In this document: one piece after another, positions 8,907-18,283 of the stretch | Layout of the letters: each line of letters opens with the position of its first letter | Numbering within the stretch: the first letter of the stretch is position 1 | Assembly: GCA_041615815.1 (NCBI GenBank) | Contig: JBFJCP010000038.1 | Coordinates: 1-37,051 of the forward strand | Source: Gemmatimonadales bacterium | Lineage (GTDB): Bacteria > Gemmatimonadota > Gemmatimonadetes > Gemmatimonadales > GWC2-71-9 | Reading direction: 5' to 3' | Length of the DNA: 37,051 nucleotides | Notes under the pieces: model-generated | Databases searched by the model: none | The model's input: only the letters and a program-made list of their open reading frames with translations | What the model was told of the DNA's origin: nothing | Translations under genes and position numbers: made by a program

Positions 8907-9548
8907 CTAGCTGGTGTAGTCGACGTCCTGGCCGCAGGCGGTGCCAGTCACCTGCCGCGTGCCGTCCTCCCGCAGGGTGATGGTGAGATCCACATCGCAG
9001 CGATCTCCCCGCCCATCGGCGGTACTCCAATCGAACGTTCCGGTCACCGTGAGTGTCCCGGTCACCGTCTCGCCCGCCACAGTGAGCTCCCCGGTCTTCT
9101 GAAGGTGTGGCTCCACCGTCGAGATCGTAAAGACGGTTTCGTCGTGCGTGAAACTACAGGCGTCGGCGATGATGGTAGCGTCGACGGCGATCGTCCCCTG
9201 CTCGGTGTCCGGATCGAACGTGCCCGTGATACGCCCATCCAGTTCGAGCGAGCCGCCGCGTTCGCAGGTAGCCATGGCGACGACGCCGAAGGTGATCTCG
9301 ATCGTGGCGCCCGCTGACGCGCGGGCTCCCAAACCGGATACCACCCCGTCTCCCAGAGCGGTGACCGCCACTCCCACGATCTGGCGGGAGACCGCCTGGG
9401 CTTCGGCCTGCGAGAGCTGGGTGGATGCCTCCGGCGGGTCCGGCATCACGGGTGGGGTGGGCGACGAGCCCCCATCTCCACAGCTCACGGCGGTGAGGGC
9501 CACCAGAACGGCGCCCCCGATGACGCGGAGAGTTCGCGACTGTGTCAT
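8907..9548 (-). CDS. Hypothetical lipoprotein, beta-rich with Cys pairs
   Basis: GAGGT RBS, signal peptide with lipobox AVSC, Pro linker, CERGG/C..TH/C-C pattern. Confidence 0.7.
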   Translation of the reverse strand: MTQSRTLRVIGGAVLVALTAVSCGDGGSSPTPPVMPDPPEASTQLSQAEAQAVSRQIVGVAVTALGDGVVSGLGARASAGATIEITFGVVAMATCERGGSLELDGRITGTFDPDTEQGTIAVDATIIADACSFTHDETVFTISTVEPHLQKTGELTVAGETVTGTLTVTGTFDWSTADGRGDRCDVDLTITLREDGTRQVTGTACGQDVDYTS

Positions 9549-9629
9549 TTCGACCTCGGCGTGCCACTGTCCATCTACTGGAAGATAAACCGTTACGGGT
9601 GCTGCAGGGTCTCGGGCAGCAACCTCTCG

Positions 9630-9825
9630 CAAGCTGCTGGTTCCACAGGACCGGACGCGGTGATCCGGGTCACGCCACTGCGTGCTCAGCCTGGTCGTGC
9701 AGTACGAGCGCTCTTGGCGATGACGATGGACGACAAGGCCCCAAGCTCTTGCCAAAGCTGCTGAACCCGGTCATGAGGGAGTCATTCGGAAGGCGATCGA
9801 GGGGGATATGGACGCCGCGACGGCG
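9630..9825 (+). pseudogene. Frameshifted 3' remnant of an SRPBCC-family gene
   Basis: Joining three frames across single-base losses near 9741 and 9779 gives LLAMTMDDKA-KLLPKLLNPVMR-GVIRKAIEGDMDAA. Confidence 0.45.
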
Positions 9826-9887
9826 CAAACGGTGAGGGGACCGTGCGCGGAGCTCAGCCCGCGTGGACCGTGTGGTGATTACAAACG

Positions 9888-9922
9888 AGACGGGCGCCGA
9901 GTGATCACTGCGGCGCCCGTCT
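9888..9922 (-). terminator. Intrinsic terminator of the basic repeat protein gene
   Basis: 12-bp perfect stem agacgggcgccg/cggcgcccgtct; T-rich tail on the minus strand. Confidence 0.65.
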
Positions 9923-9949
9923 TGCACGACAACAGCCAGGGTGGGCGGC

Positions 9950-10156
9950 TCAGCGCCGCTTGGCCCGACTCGCGGCCGCGCGCTTCACAGCTCGGCGGCG
10001 CTTCCGCGTGCGCACGCCCTTCCGAGCGGCAGCCCGGCGCTTGCGTGTCGCGGCCGCTTTCTTGGCAGCCGCACGGCGCTTCCTGGTCACCGCAGCCTTC
10101 TTGGCAGCCGCGCGGCGCTTGCGTGTCGAAATGGTTGAGCCTCGACGAGTGGGCAT
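9950..10156 (-). CDS. Small, highly basic histone H1/protamine-like repeat protein (68 aa)
   Basis: GGAGGA RBS, ATG, downstream terminator; 13-aa repeat TRKRRAAAKKAAx; 32/68 Arg+Lys, no Asp/Glu. Confidence 0.8.
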   Translation of the reverse strand: MPTRRGSTISTRKRRAAAKKAAVTRKRRAAAKKAAATRKRRAAARKGVRTRKRRRAVKRAAASRAKRR

Positions 10157-10218
10157 CTTGTCCTCCCAGTTCTGAGGGCTAAGTCCAGCTTCTATTTACG
10201 TTGTCGAGGAAACTCGGC

Positions 10219-10234
10219 TGTGACGAAGCTCACA
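10219..10234. promoter_or_regulatory. Perfect CRP/FNR-family box upstream of the basic protein gene
   Basis: TGTGA-cgaagc-TCACA, extended palindrome gcTGTGA..TCACAgc, 63 nt before the ATG. Confidence 0.6.
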
Positions 10235-10439
10235 GCGCGCGGCACCATTTCCCGCACGGCTTGCACGGTGCACACCGGTCGCGCCGCATTCACCCCCACT
10301 AACCGAACAGAAGTTCGCGAACAGACGGTGCGGCTGGAGAGGGGATCGAGCCGCATGAGCGGTTTGCACGAGGCGATCATCGGTAGTTCCAACACGGCGA
10401 GCATCAGCGGCTGAGCTCGAGGGGCTAGCAGTCGGGGAC

Positions 10440-11525
10440 TCAGTCATTCGGTTCCTCACCAAGCAGGATTGCGGAGATCCCGTCATTGAGCGGTCGGCGC
10501 CAGTTCCGTTCCATGTTGTTGTGCGCCCAGACGATTACGTACCCGACGTCCGGGTAGGCGAGCACCTGACTCTGCATGTAAACAAGTCCACCCCCTTTAT
10601 GAATCCGTCGGCGTCCCGTAGCCGTTGTATCGACGTGCCACCCGTACGCCTCCGTCTCGGTGGGGTCGAACAGTTTCCTCTGCTGGGCCGGTGGTAGCAA
10701 CGCGCCGGACCGCAACGCTCCGTACCACCGGTGGATGTCACCCACCGTCGATATGAGCCCCCCCGCTCCCTTCGTCTGCCAGGTCCATCCATATGCCGGC
10801 GGTGCCGGCTCATCTCCCTCGTCCCGGTAGCCACGTGCCAGTCGCCCATCATTCGCCGTGAAGTCACCGAGGAAACCCGTGTTCTCGAGGTTCAGCGGCC
10901 GGAAGAAGTGGGTGCGCACGTAGGTCTCATATGACACCCCGCTGGCGATCTCCACCACGGCGGCGAGAAGACTCGTGCCGGCGTTACTGTACCGGTACGC
11001 CGCGCCCGGTGACGACTCGATGGGGGCCTTCTTCATCGAAGAAATGAACCGCTCCCGCGTGTCGCCGTCGATGAAGCTCTCCGTACGGTGGGCGAGTCCG
11101 GCCCGGTGGGTCGCGAGATGGTGAATGGTGGCGGCCGACTTAGCCAAGGGGAATGCACCGAGGTACGCCTCCAGACGGTCAGAGGTCTGCAGGATCCCGT
11201 CCGCCTCCAGGCGCAACACTGCCGCGCCGGTGAACGTCTTGGCGAGAGAGGCGAAATCGAACAGGGTGCGTGGGGTGACTGAAATGCCGCGAGCACGGTC
11301 GGCCATTCCGTATCCGCGCTCGAGGATGACCTTGCCGTCAACGGAGACGAGCACGGTGCCGGAGAAGCCCTGGGACTCGTAGGAACGCAAGAGGGAATCG
11401 AGCTGTGCCGATAGCTCGGACGTTTGTGCCGTGCCCACCGCGGGTAGGACCCCGAGTCCGAGCGCAAGTAGTGATACGACGATTCCGGCGTTTTGGTGGG
11501 TTCTCGCACGGCGCTGCTTCTTCAT
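10440..11525 (-). CDS. Serine hydrolase, beta-lactamase/class C-like family
   Basis: Signal peptide, FASLAK (SxxK), YRYSN, HKGG; start set at MKKQRR. Confidence 0.88.
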   Translation of the reverse strand: MKKQRRARTHQNAGIVVSLLALGLGVLPAVGTAQTSELSAQLDSLLRSYESQGFSGTVLVSVDGKVILERGYGMADRARGISVTPRTLFDFASLAKTFTGAAVLRLEADGILQTSDRLEAYLGAFPLAKSAATIHHLATHRAGLAHRTESFIDGDTRERFISSMKKAPIESSPGAAYRYSNAGTSLLAAVVEIASGVSYETYVRTHFFRPLNLENTGFLGDFTANDGRLARGYRDEGDEPAPPAYGWTWQTKGAGGLISTVGDIHRWYGALRSGALLPPAQQRKLFDPTETEAYGWHVDTTATGRRRIHKGGGLVYMQSQVLAYPDVGYVIVWAHNNMERNWRRPLNDGISAILLGEEPND

Positions 11526-11602
11526 TCTCAAACCACGCGCCGAGCGACGAAGGCATAGATCGGCGGGGTCGGGCCGGCTCATGCCACTGGAGACCGACAC
11601 AA

Positions 11603-11675
<73 letters not shown>

Positions 11676-11860
11676 ATACGAGTAGGGCGAGAAACATAAC
11701 CATTCAACGCTCTGAAACCACCCCTGAACCCGCTCCGGTCCCGACGGGCGGGGCGGGACAGCCGGTCAGGGTCGCTCAGTTTTCATGTCACGCAGGATAG
11801 CACGAGCGGGAAGAGCGCCCCCGGTGTCGATTCGGGCTTTAGGCAAGTTGCGACCGAGCT

Positions 11861-13066
11861 TCACTCACTCTTCCGGCGCGGGATCACCACGTTTGCCACC
11901 AAGAGTCCGGCCACCAACGCCGTTGCGATGAAGATCATCGTAAAAGCCGTCTCGATGCCGGAGACGACCTCTCGGTTCAACATCGCGGACACACTTCTGA
12001 AGCCGATACTCCCGGGCACCAGGAGCAACACACCGGGCACCAGGAGGATTTGGGCCGGCCGATCTCGTAGCAGCGCATACACGTTGCTCGCCACACCAAC
12101 GGTGAGGGCACCGAAGAACGCCCCGAGCTCCGCGCCCAGCACCACCGCGCCGAGCCTTGCCCCACCGTAGGCCAGCACGCCCGCCAGCACGATCCACCCC
12201 GTGTCTCTCGCTTCGGCTCGGAGGAGCACGACGAACGCTAGCGGCGCCACTGCCAATGCGACGAACTCCGTCCACACCGGAAGTCCCGTGGGTGAGACGG
12301 CCGGAGCGGAACCTATGGCCAGCTCCACGAGCTTCCCACCCAACGCCACACCGAACAGGATCGTCACGAACAGGAAAAACGCGGAACTGAGGCGCGCCGT
12401 CCCCGACACGAGATGCCGAGTGGCCAGTTCCGTCATCGCAACGGTGAGCGTGAGCCCCGGGATGAGCACAATGAGCCCCGCGAGCACCGCCACGAACACC
12501 GACAGTGGCGTGACGAGCACGGCCGTCGCGCCCGCGATAGTGGCGGCCAAGAACGCCGCCACCGGTTCGAAGATCCGCCCGAGGCGCGGCGCCCGCTCTG
12601 CCCCCAGTGCGAGAACTCCCGTCACGAGTCCAATCCCCCCCGCCACGACGACCTCTCGCATTCCTCCGCTCAGGAACCGCCCCGCGGCAGCGGATGCCAC
12701 GCCGTACGCGAGGATCATCAATATCGAGCCATACGGCGGCGGGGCCGTCACCAACACATCCAATAGGCGGGATCCCTCGGCGGCTGACATCTCGCCACGA
12801 ATGACACGCAAGGCGATCCGGTCTACCTTGGCGAGCCCCCCGAGATCCGTCCCACCGGGCTCCACACGTAACATGAACGTCTGCTGGTCTTCTTGGGGAC
12901 CGAGAGAAACGAAGATGGACGTTGGGGTCGAAAAGAACTGCGCCTCGACACCCAATCGGTTGGCCGTGGCCGCGAGCGCTTCCTCCAACCGATGCGCAGC
13001 ATATCCGAAGCCGTGCATCGCGCGCCCCATCTTGAGAATGAAGCCGACTCGTTGGTCAGCGCTCAT
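11861..13066 (-). CDS. Threonine/serine exporter family (ThrE, fused DUF1212/ThrE_2)
   Basis: LGRAMHGFGYAAHRLEE-like N-terminus, LIVLIPGLTLTVAMTELA...SGTAR, LLLVPGSIG; about 10 TM. Confidence 0.88.
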   Translation of the reverse strand: MSADQRVGFILKMGRAMHGFGYAAHRLEEALAATANRLGVEAQFFSTPTSIFVSLGPQEDQQTFMLRVEPGGTDLGGLAKVDRIALRVIRGEMSAAEGSRLLDVLVTAPPPYGSILMILAYGVASAAAGRFLSGGMREVVVAGGIGLVTGVLALGAERAPRLGRIFEPVAAFLAATIAGATAVLVTPLSVFVAVLAGLIVLIPGLTLTVAMTELATRHLVSGTARLSSAFFLFVTILFGVALGGKLVELAIGSAPAVSPTGLPVWTEFVALAVAPLAFVVLLRAEARDTGWIVLAGVLAYGGARLGAVVLGAELGAFFGALTVGVASNVYALLRDRPAQILLVPGVLLLVPGSIGFRSVSAMLNREVVSGIETAFTMIFIATALVAGLLVANVVIPRRKSE

Positions 13067-13108
13067 GCGATTCCCGCGTCAGGCGCGGAGCTGGCGAGGA
13101 CCGCGTGG

Positions 13109-13462
13109 CTAACCGAACGGCTGCTCGAGATAGGACTGGAGGGCAACCGCGTTGTTGTGCGCTTGATCCTTCGCGGCGTACAGGAGCGTCACACGCCCCG
13201 CCTCATGAAGCTCGCGGAGCCGTGCGACGTGGGACGCGTGGGTCTCCAGCTCCTTACGGTATCGCTCCTGAAACTCATGCCATTTCCGGGGATCGTGATC
13301 GAACCATTTTCGCAGGGCGGTGCTCGGCGCGATCTCCTTCATCCACTCGTCCACTCGCGCGCCCTCCTTCGTCAAGCCACGGGGCCAGATGCGGTCTACG
13401 AGCACTCTCGTTCCGTCGTCCGTGGCCGGGTCTTCGTACACCCGCTTGGTCCGAAGCGTCAC
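13109..13462 (-). CDS. DUF488 (YeaO-like) protein
   Basis: KRVYE...DGTRVLVDRIWPRG..KE, EIAPSTALRKWFDH, TLLYAAKD..HNNA; GTG start overlaps upstream TGA (GTGA). Confidence 0.9.
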   Translation of the reverse strand: MTLRTKRVYEDPATDDGTRVLVDRIWPRGLTKEGARVDEWMKEIAPSTALRKWFDHDPRKWHEFQERYRKELETHASHVARLRELHEAGRVTLLYAAKDQAHNNAVALQSYLEQPFG

Positions 13463-14235
13463 TGTGCCCACGTGGTGTACCCGATCCGAAGCTCTCCAGG
13501 GCTCGGTGCCACAGGCTGATTCACGCGAAACTGCGAGAATCGTCCCTCGTTGGTCCGCACACAGACGTAGGAACCGACCGGCAAGTCCCCAATGGGGATT
13601 CGCGCGCTCGTGAGGGCGGCGTTGGCACACCCGTCACGACCCACGGAGGTGGTGCCCACGGGCGCCAGCACTGCGCCGTTGCGTGGCGTGACGTAGCGCT
13701 CCGTGGCCGTCACGGCCTCGAACCAAATATCCGCTTGCGGCTCGGCCCCCACGACGCCCTCATCCAGGTCCGCGGTCCACGTTTGTGGGATGACCAACGA
13801 CGCCGTGGAATGGGTGCGCGGTCCAGAGGCGCGCTGATCGGACCAAGCGACCATGACGGTGAAGCGAGTATCGGCCGGACTCCCTTGCGCCCCGTAGCAG
13901 CGGATGTTGACGATGAAATCCGCACCGCCCGAGTTCCAATTCACGATCTTGCAGAATTCGCTGCCCGGGCCGTAGGCGGTGACCTGAACGTGCCCTCCCG
14001 CCCGGCCATTACCACCGAGGCCTTCGAAGGTCGCGGTATACGTCCCGACCCCACTCCGGCTGATCCGGATGGGACGCCCGGCGGAACTGTGGGCGTAGAG
14101 CGCCGAGGGAACGTAATTGGCGGAGGTGGGATCATCGGCCCACGCGTAACCCGAGACTTGCCCTTCGGCAGGAGACGTGAGCGTGAATGCGAGCACAGCG
14201 CCCACTAGACCAGCAAGCAACAGTTTCCCAGCCAT
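13459..14235 (-). CDS. Secreted two-domain hypothetical protein
   Basis: Signal peptide (..AEG/Q); two beta-rich domains each with a Cys pair. Confidence 0.7.
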   Translation of the reverse strand: MAGKLLLAGLVGAVLAFTLTSPAEGQVSGYAWADDPTSANYVPSALYAHSSAGRPIRISRSGVGTYTATFEGLGGNGRAGGHVQVTAYGPGSEFCKIVNWNSGGADFIVNIRCYGAQGSPADTRFTVMVAWSDQRASGPRTHSTASLVIPQTWTADLDEGVVGAEPQADIWFEAVTATERYVTPRNGAVLAPVGTTSVGRDGCANAALTSARIPIGDLPVGSYVCVRTNEGRFSQFRVNQPVAPSPGELRIGYTTWAQ

Positions 14236-14389
14236 CACACCCCCCACGCTGAGGTTTCGGTTTTCCGATGCATTCGATTGTGGGCGCGTTGACAGGCAAT
14301 TTGACGAGTCACCCTCGGATATGCCACCACCGAAACAGGGGACACGTGCTGAGGGACACCATTCGTACAATGAAAGAGTCAGTGAATGA

Positions 14390-14914
14390 CTAGAAGGAGA
14401 CCTTCACCGTTGTGAGCGGGACGGGGGCACTGTTCCCCACAGCACGCTCTCCGCTCCGCGACACCACCGTCCCCAGCACCGCCCCCACTGCACCACCCAC
14501 CAGCGCCATGCCGAGACCGGTGAACGGATCGGGTTCCCGCCCATGGGTCAGGTGCGCCACGCCGGACCAGACGGTCCACGCCAGCGCACCACCCAGGACA
14601 CCGACCCCTGCCCCGATGAACCCGCCGTAGGCCCGCTCGCGATCCACGACGCCGGCCACGGACCCAGCGGTGACGCCGGCGAGCCCGAGGACGAGCGGCA
14701 CGAGCGGGCAGCGGCGCGGGCGTGCACAGACGAGCCGGGCCGTGACGCTGCCAAGCACGAGTCCGCCGTAGCCTCCCGCGAGGCCACCCAGAACCGCGTG
14801 CCCAACCGAGCCTGCGTTGGCATCAGTGGAAACCGATGCTTGGGAGAACCCGGGTGTGGCGGCGAGCACGAGGATCCCCGCCACGAGACCTGCCGCACGG
14901 AGACTGCGGTTCAT
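14390..14914 (-). CDS. Gly-rich multi-TM hypothetical membrane protein
   Basis: ATGA overlap with upstream gene; signal peptide plus GxxxG helices; C-terminal VKVSF. Confidence 0.6.
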   Translation of the reverse strand: MNRSLRAAGLVAGILVLAATPGFSQASVSTDANAGSVGHAVLGGLAGGYGGLVLGSVTARLVCARPRRCPLVPLVLGLAGVTAGSVAGVVDRERAYGGFIGAGVGVLGGALAWTVWSGVAHLTHGREPDPFTGLGMALVGGAVGAVLGTVVSRSGERAVGNSAPVPLTTVKVSF

Positions 14915-15300
14915 TCCGGCCGGATACTCGCCGGACGCTGGCGGTGGAGGTCCGGTTCAATGATGAGCTCCAGCTCGTCTCCCTCTTCCACGGGAAGGAC
15001 GTCACTCAAGTAGGTCCCGACGGAGATCAGGTGGATCTGCACCTGGAGTTCTCGGGCTGGTGGCCAGCGAAATGTGAAGTTCTCCGTCGCATTTCCGGCT
15101 ACGAAGCCGAGCCGCACCCGATGGCCGCTTTCGTCCCGGAGATAGAGCTCCGCGTCGTAGAAGTTGAGGTTCTTGACCTCGACGAAGATCTCCCGGGAGT
15201 CCTCAACAGCGGGGAGCAGCTCCGGATCGCCGCCAGTCGACCCTGCCCCACATCCGAACGCGCCGAGTAGGAGAACGGCCACCGCCAAACGAGCTTCCAT
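14911..15300 (-). CDS. Hypothetical lipoprotein (paralogue 2)
   Basis: GGAGG RBS, lipobox AFGC, EVKNLNFYDAELY...LPVEEGDELELIIEPDLHR. Confidence 0.8.
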   Translation of the reverse strand: MEARLAVAVLLLGAFGCGAGSTGGDPELLPAVEDSREIFVEVKNLNFYDAELYLRDESGHRVRLGFVAGNATENFTFRWPPARELQVQIHLISVGTYLSDVLPVEEGDELELIIEPDLHRQRPASIRPE

Positions 15301-15310
15301 TGCCTGCCTC

Positions 15311-15724
15311 CTAGCGACGCACCGGAGCCTTGCGGTGCAGGTCGGGCTCGATGATCAGCTGCAGATCGTCACCCTCCTCGACCGCCAGCGGCGGCGTGAG
15401 ATACGATCCAATCGTCTCGAGAACGATCTCGATCCGCAGTTCGAATGTTGGGAGCCAATGGAATTTGAGGGTCCGCTTGCCGTAGGCCTGGATGTATCCT
15501 AACCGCTGGCGGTGTCCCGCTCCTTGGGTGACGGCATAGAGTGTGGCGTCGTAGAAGTTCTGATTCTCGACCTCCAACGTCAGCTCGCGCCCCCCACCTG
15601 CCGCCTGGGCCTCGAGATCGTCCATGGCGAGCTCGTCAGAGCCCGGCGTGGTGCCGGCACCGCAGGCCGCGCCCAGAACCAGCGCAGCCACGACCCACCA
15701 TCCCCGGTCCATCGATTGCCTCAT
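15311..15724 (-). CDS. Hypothetical lipoprotein (paralogue 1)
   Basis: GGGAGG RBS, lipobox GAAC, EVENQNFYDATLY...LAVEEGDDLQLIIEPDLHR. Confidence 0.8.
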   Translation of the reverse strand: MRQSMDRGWWVVAALVLGAACGAGTTPGSDELAMDDLEAQAAGGGRELTLEVENQNFYDATLYAVTQGAGHRQRLGYIQAYGKRTLKFHWLPTFELRIEIVLETIGSYLTPPLAVEEGDDLQLIIEPDLHRKAPVRR

Positions 15725-15962
15725 TGCGTCCCTCCCGGCGGCCTGTCTGCCGTCTGCATACCCCAAAGTACGTTGGGAGTGGCACCTACGCGACGCGGCG
15801 CGACGCTCGCCGAGCATGAAGGTGGCACTTGCCGGACGCCCGGGTGTAGGAGGAAAGCGCCCAGGAGGCACCGACTTCGTTGAGGCCCATTCATTATTAT
15901 CGCGCACGATCTAGCCACCGGCGGCCGACGTCTCGCGCCGATCTGAGTACATTTCCAGGCCC

Positions 15963-18092
15963 ATGACTCTCTCTGGAACGCTCATGGCCCTCGCGGGGGC
16001 CTTGTTTTCGGCCCAGGCCCAACAACCACCCGACACCGTGATCAACCTGTCCGAAGTCGTCGTGACGGGAACGCGGGTGCTGGGGACGGCCCGGCTCGAG
16101 CAATCGGCGGCGCTCTCGCTCTCGCTCCCTCGCTTGGAGATCAAGGCGGCCAGTGCCGTGTCCGTGGATCTCCTGCGCGATCTCCCCGGCGTCTTCGTAC
16201 AGCAGACGTCCGCCGGACAGGGAGCGGTGATTCTCCGAGGCCTGGTGGGCAACCAGGTTTTGTACCTGGTGGATGGCGTCCCGCTGAACAACGGAACTTA
16301 TCGCGACGGGCCGGGCCAGTACTTCGCCACCATCGATCCCGAAATGATCGAACGCATCGAGGTGATTCGGGGTCCGGCATCGGTGCTCTACGGCTCGGAC
16401 GCTCAAGGAGGCGTCGTCAACATCATCACCAAGAGCCACCCATTCGCTGGAACGAGAAGCGTGCGGGTCGCCGCCAATGGCTCCACGGCTAACATGGGTT
16501 ATCGAACTCGCGTGTCGGCCGGCGCCACCGGCTCCCGCTGGAGCCTCGGAGCGGGCGGGACGCTCGTTCAGGCTGGCGACCTTCGTGCTGGTGATGGTCT
16601 TGGCGAGCAGGACCCGAGCGGATTCAACGCCGTCGGGTTCGATTTCGAGTTCCAGTACGAGCCGCGCGCGGGGCATGCGATTACGGCAGTGGGCCAGCAC
16701 TTTCGCATGGATGACGTTCCCCGTTACGACCGGTACGTAGACTTTCGCGCCCCCGCCCTCGGCAGCGATGCCGAGCACCTGTTCAGTCCGCAAACCCGTC
16801 AACTCGGCTACGTACGCTACACCTTTTCCTCCCGCGATCCCAAGCTCTCTCGATTTGAAGCGACGATGAGTCTGGCCATCCAACGGGAGGGCCGCACGCG
16901 GGTTCGGCTCTTCGACGACGGAACGAGCGATGTGATCCGGACGCGGCTGCGTGACGACGTCTACACACCCGGCGTCAGTCTCCTCGGTACGAGTGACGTC
17001 GATCTGGCTAACCGCGTCGTCACGTTGACATGGGGTGGGGAGTTCTACCATGACCGCCTGGACAGTCGGGGTAGCGAGGAGAACATGGCTACGGGCGTCG
17101 GAGTAGCCTCTCTTCTGCCCGTGGCGAATGGAATCGCCATACCGGTTGGGAGTTTCCCGGATGGAGCCAACAGCGATCGTGTCGGCCTGTTTCTGGCGGG
17201 GGAGACATACCTCTTTCCGGAACTCAAGGTCGAGGCTGGTGTGCGGTGGAGTCGTTTTCGAAACGAAGCCGACGTGGGCATCGATTTCGGTGGCCGCGTG
17301 GAGAACGTGAGCGCTGACGTTACGGGTCAGATGGGACTCGTGGTGATTCCCTCACCAGAGTGGCGTATCGCGACGAGAGTGGCCGAGGGGTTCCGGGCCC
17401 CCAACCTGTACGACCTCACCCGCGTAGGGCCCGTCCCCGGCGGCTTCGCGGTGCCGAATCCGGGGGCGACACCCGAGCGATCGCTCAGTCTCGATGTCGG
17501 CATTCGGTATCTCACCCATCGGGGCGCCGTTGCACTCACGTTGTACCGCACCCGCATCACCGATTTCATCGACCGAGCACCGGGGACGTTCCAGGGCGAT
17601 ACACTCTTCAACGGCGAGCGGGTGTTTCAGGGAATCAACGTGGGGACCGCGCGACTCATCGGGTTTGAACTCGAGGGCCTCCGACGGTTTGGACCTGTCG
17701 AGGCACGCGGGACCGTGCTCTACACGCGCGGCGACCAGACCGAAGCCGACGGAACCGAGGCACCGATGTCCAAGATCCCACCGCTCAGTGGATCGGGGGG
17801 CATCCGCTGGACCTCGCCCGGCTACCCGGTGTGGCTGGAGTACGTCGTCCGGTGGTCCATTCGCCAGGACCGTCTCGGCACTCGTGACCTGACCGACCCT
17901 CGGATCCCCGCTGGCGGCACCCCCGGACACTTCGTGCAGAGCGTCCGGGCCGGTACCTCGCTACGCCCCGGCTTGAATCTGTCTGTGGGTTTCGAGAATA
18001 TCACGGACGAACTCTACCGCACACACGCCAGCGGCGTGGATGCCGCCGGTCGGCATGTGTGGGTGGGCGTGGAAGCGCTGGGGGTGCTGTAG
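15963..18092 (+). CDS. TonB-dependent receptor
   Basis: TonB box EVVVTGTR, plug LLRDLPGV/IERIEVIRGPASVLYGSDAQGGVVNIITK, FRAPNL, C-terminal FENITDELY. Confidence 0.93.
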   Translation: MTLSGTLMALAGALFSAQAQQPPDTVINLSEVVVTGTRVLGTARLEQSAALSLSLPRLEIKAASAVSVDLLRDLPGVFVQQTSAGQGAVILRGLVGNQVLYLVDGVPLNNGTYRDGPGQYFATIDPEMIERIEVIRGPASVLYGSDAQGGVVNIITKSHPFAGTRSVRVAANGSTANMGYRTRVSAGATGSRWSLGAGGTLVQAGDLRAGDGLGEQDPSGFNAVGFDFEFQYEPRAGHAITAVGQHFRMDDVPRYDRYVDFRAPALGSDAEHLFSPQTRQLGYVRYTFSSRDPKLSRFEATMSLAIQREGRTRVRLFDDGTSDVIRTRLRDDVYTPGVSLLGTSDVDLANRVVTLTWGGEFYHDRLDSRGSEENMATGVGVASLLPVANGIAIPVGSFPDGANSDRVGLFLAGETYLFPELKVEAGVRWSRFRNEADVGIDFGGRVENVSADVTGQMGLVVIPSPEWRIATRVAEGFRAPNLYDLTRVGPVPGGFAVPNPGATPERSLSLDVGIRYLTHRGAVALTLYRTRITDFIDRAPGTFQGDTLFNGERVFQGINVGTARLIGFELEGLRRFGPVEARGTVLYTRGDQTEADGTEAPMSKIPPLSGSGGIRWTSPGYPVWLEYVVRWSIRQDRLGTRDLTDPRIPAGGTPGHFVQSVRAGTSLRPGLNLSVGFENITDELYRTHASGVDAAGRHVWVGVEALGVL

Positions 18093-18174
18093 GTCTGAAC
18101 GTCCGAGAAGGGAAAGTCGGACGGGAGGATTCCAAGGTCCTTCCGGCCTCGGGTCCGGCGTCCTTCAGCCGTGA

Positions 18175-18246
18175 TGCCCCCAAGGGGAATCGAACCCCTA
18201 TTCCCACCTTGAAAGAGTGGTGTCCTAGCCGTTAGACGATGGGGGC
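18175..18246 (-). tRNA. tRNA-Glu(TTC)
   Basis: GCCCCCA/TGGGGGC acceptor stem, TCGTCTAACGGCTAGGAC D arm, CCACT-ctTTCaa-GGTGG, GGTTCGATTCC; CCA not encoded. Confidence 0.95.
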
Positions 18247-18283
18247 GGGTGGCGGTGCAGCGGCGAAAGGTAACGGGGCAGCA

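Noticed and set aside
9950..10156. 39-bp periodic repeats as a CRISPR array
   Set aside because: No unique spacers, variation is at synonymous positions of a coding repeat, no cas genes
10240..10440. Possible integron attC site or small ORFs downstream of the serine hydrolase
   Set aside because: No properly spaced RYYYAAC...GTTRRRY with inner complementarity; ORFs lack RBS and coding character
15725..15962. Cobalamin or TPP riboswitch upstream of the TonB receptor
   Set aside because: No B12 box (GGGAA...GCCACTG) or TPP CTGAGA core seen; only small hairpins
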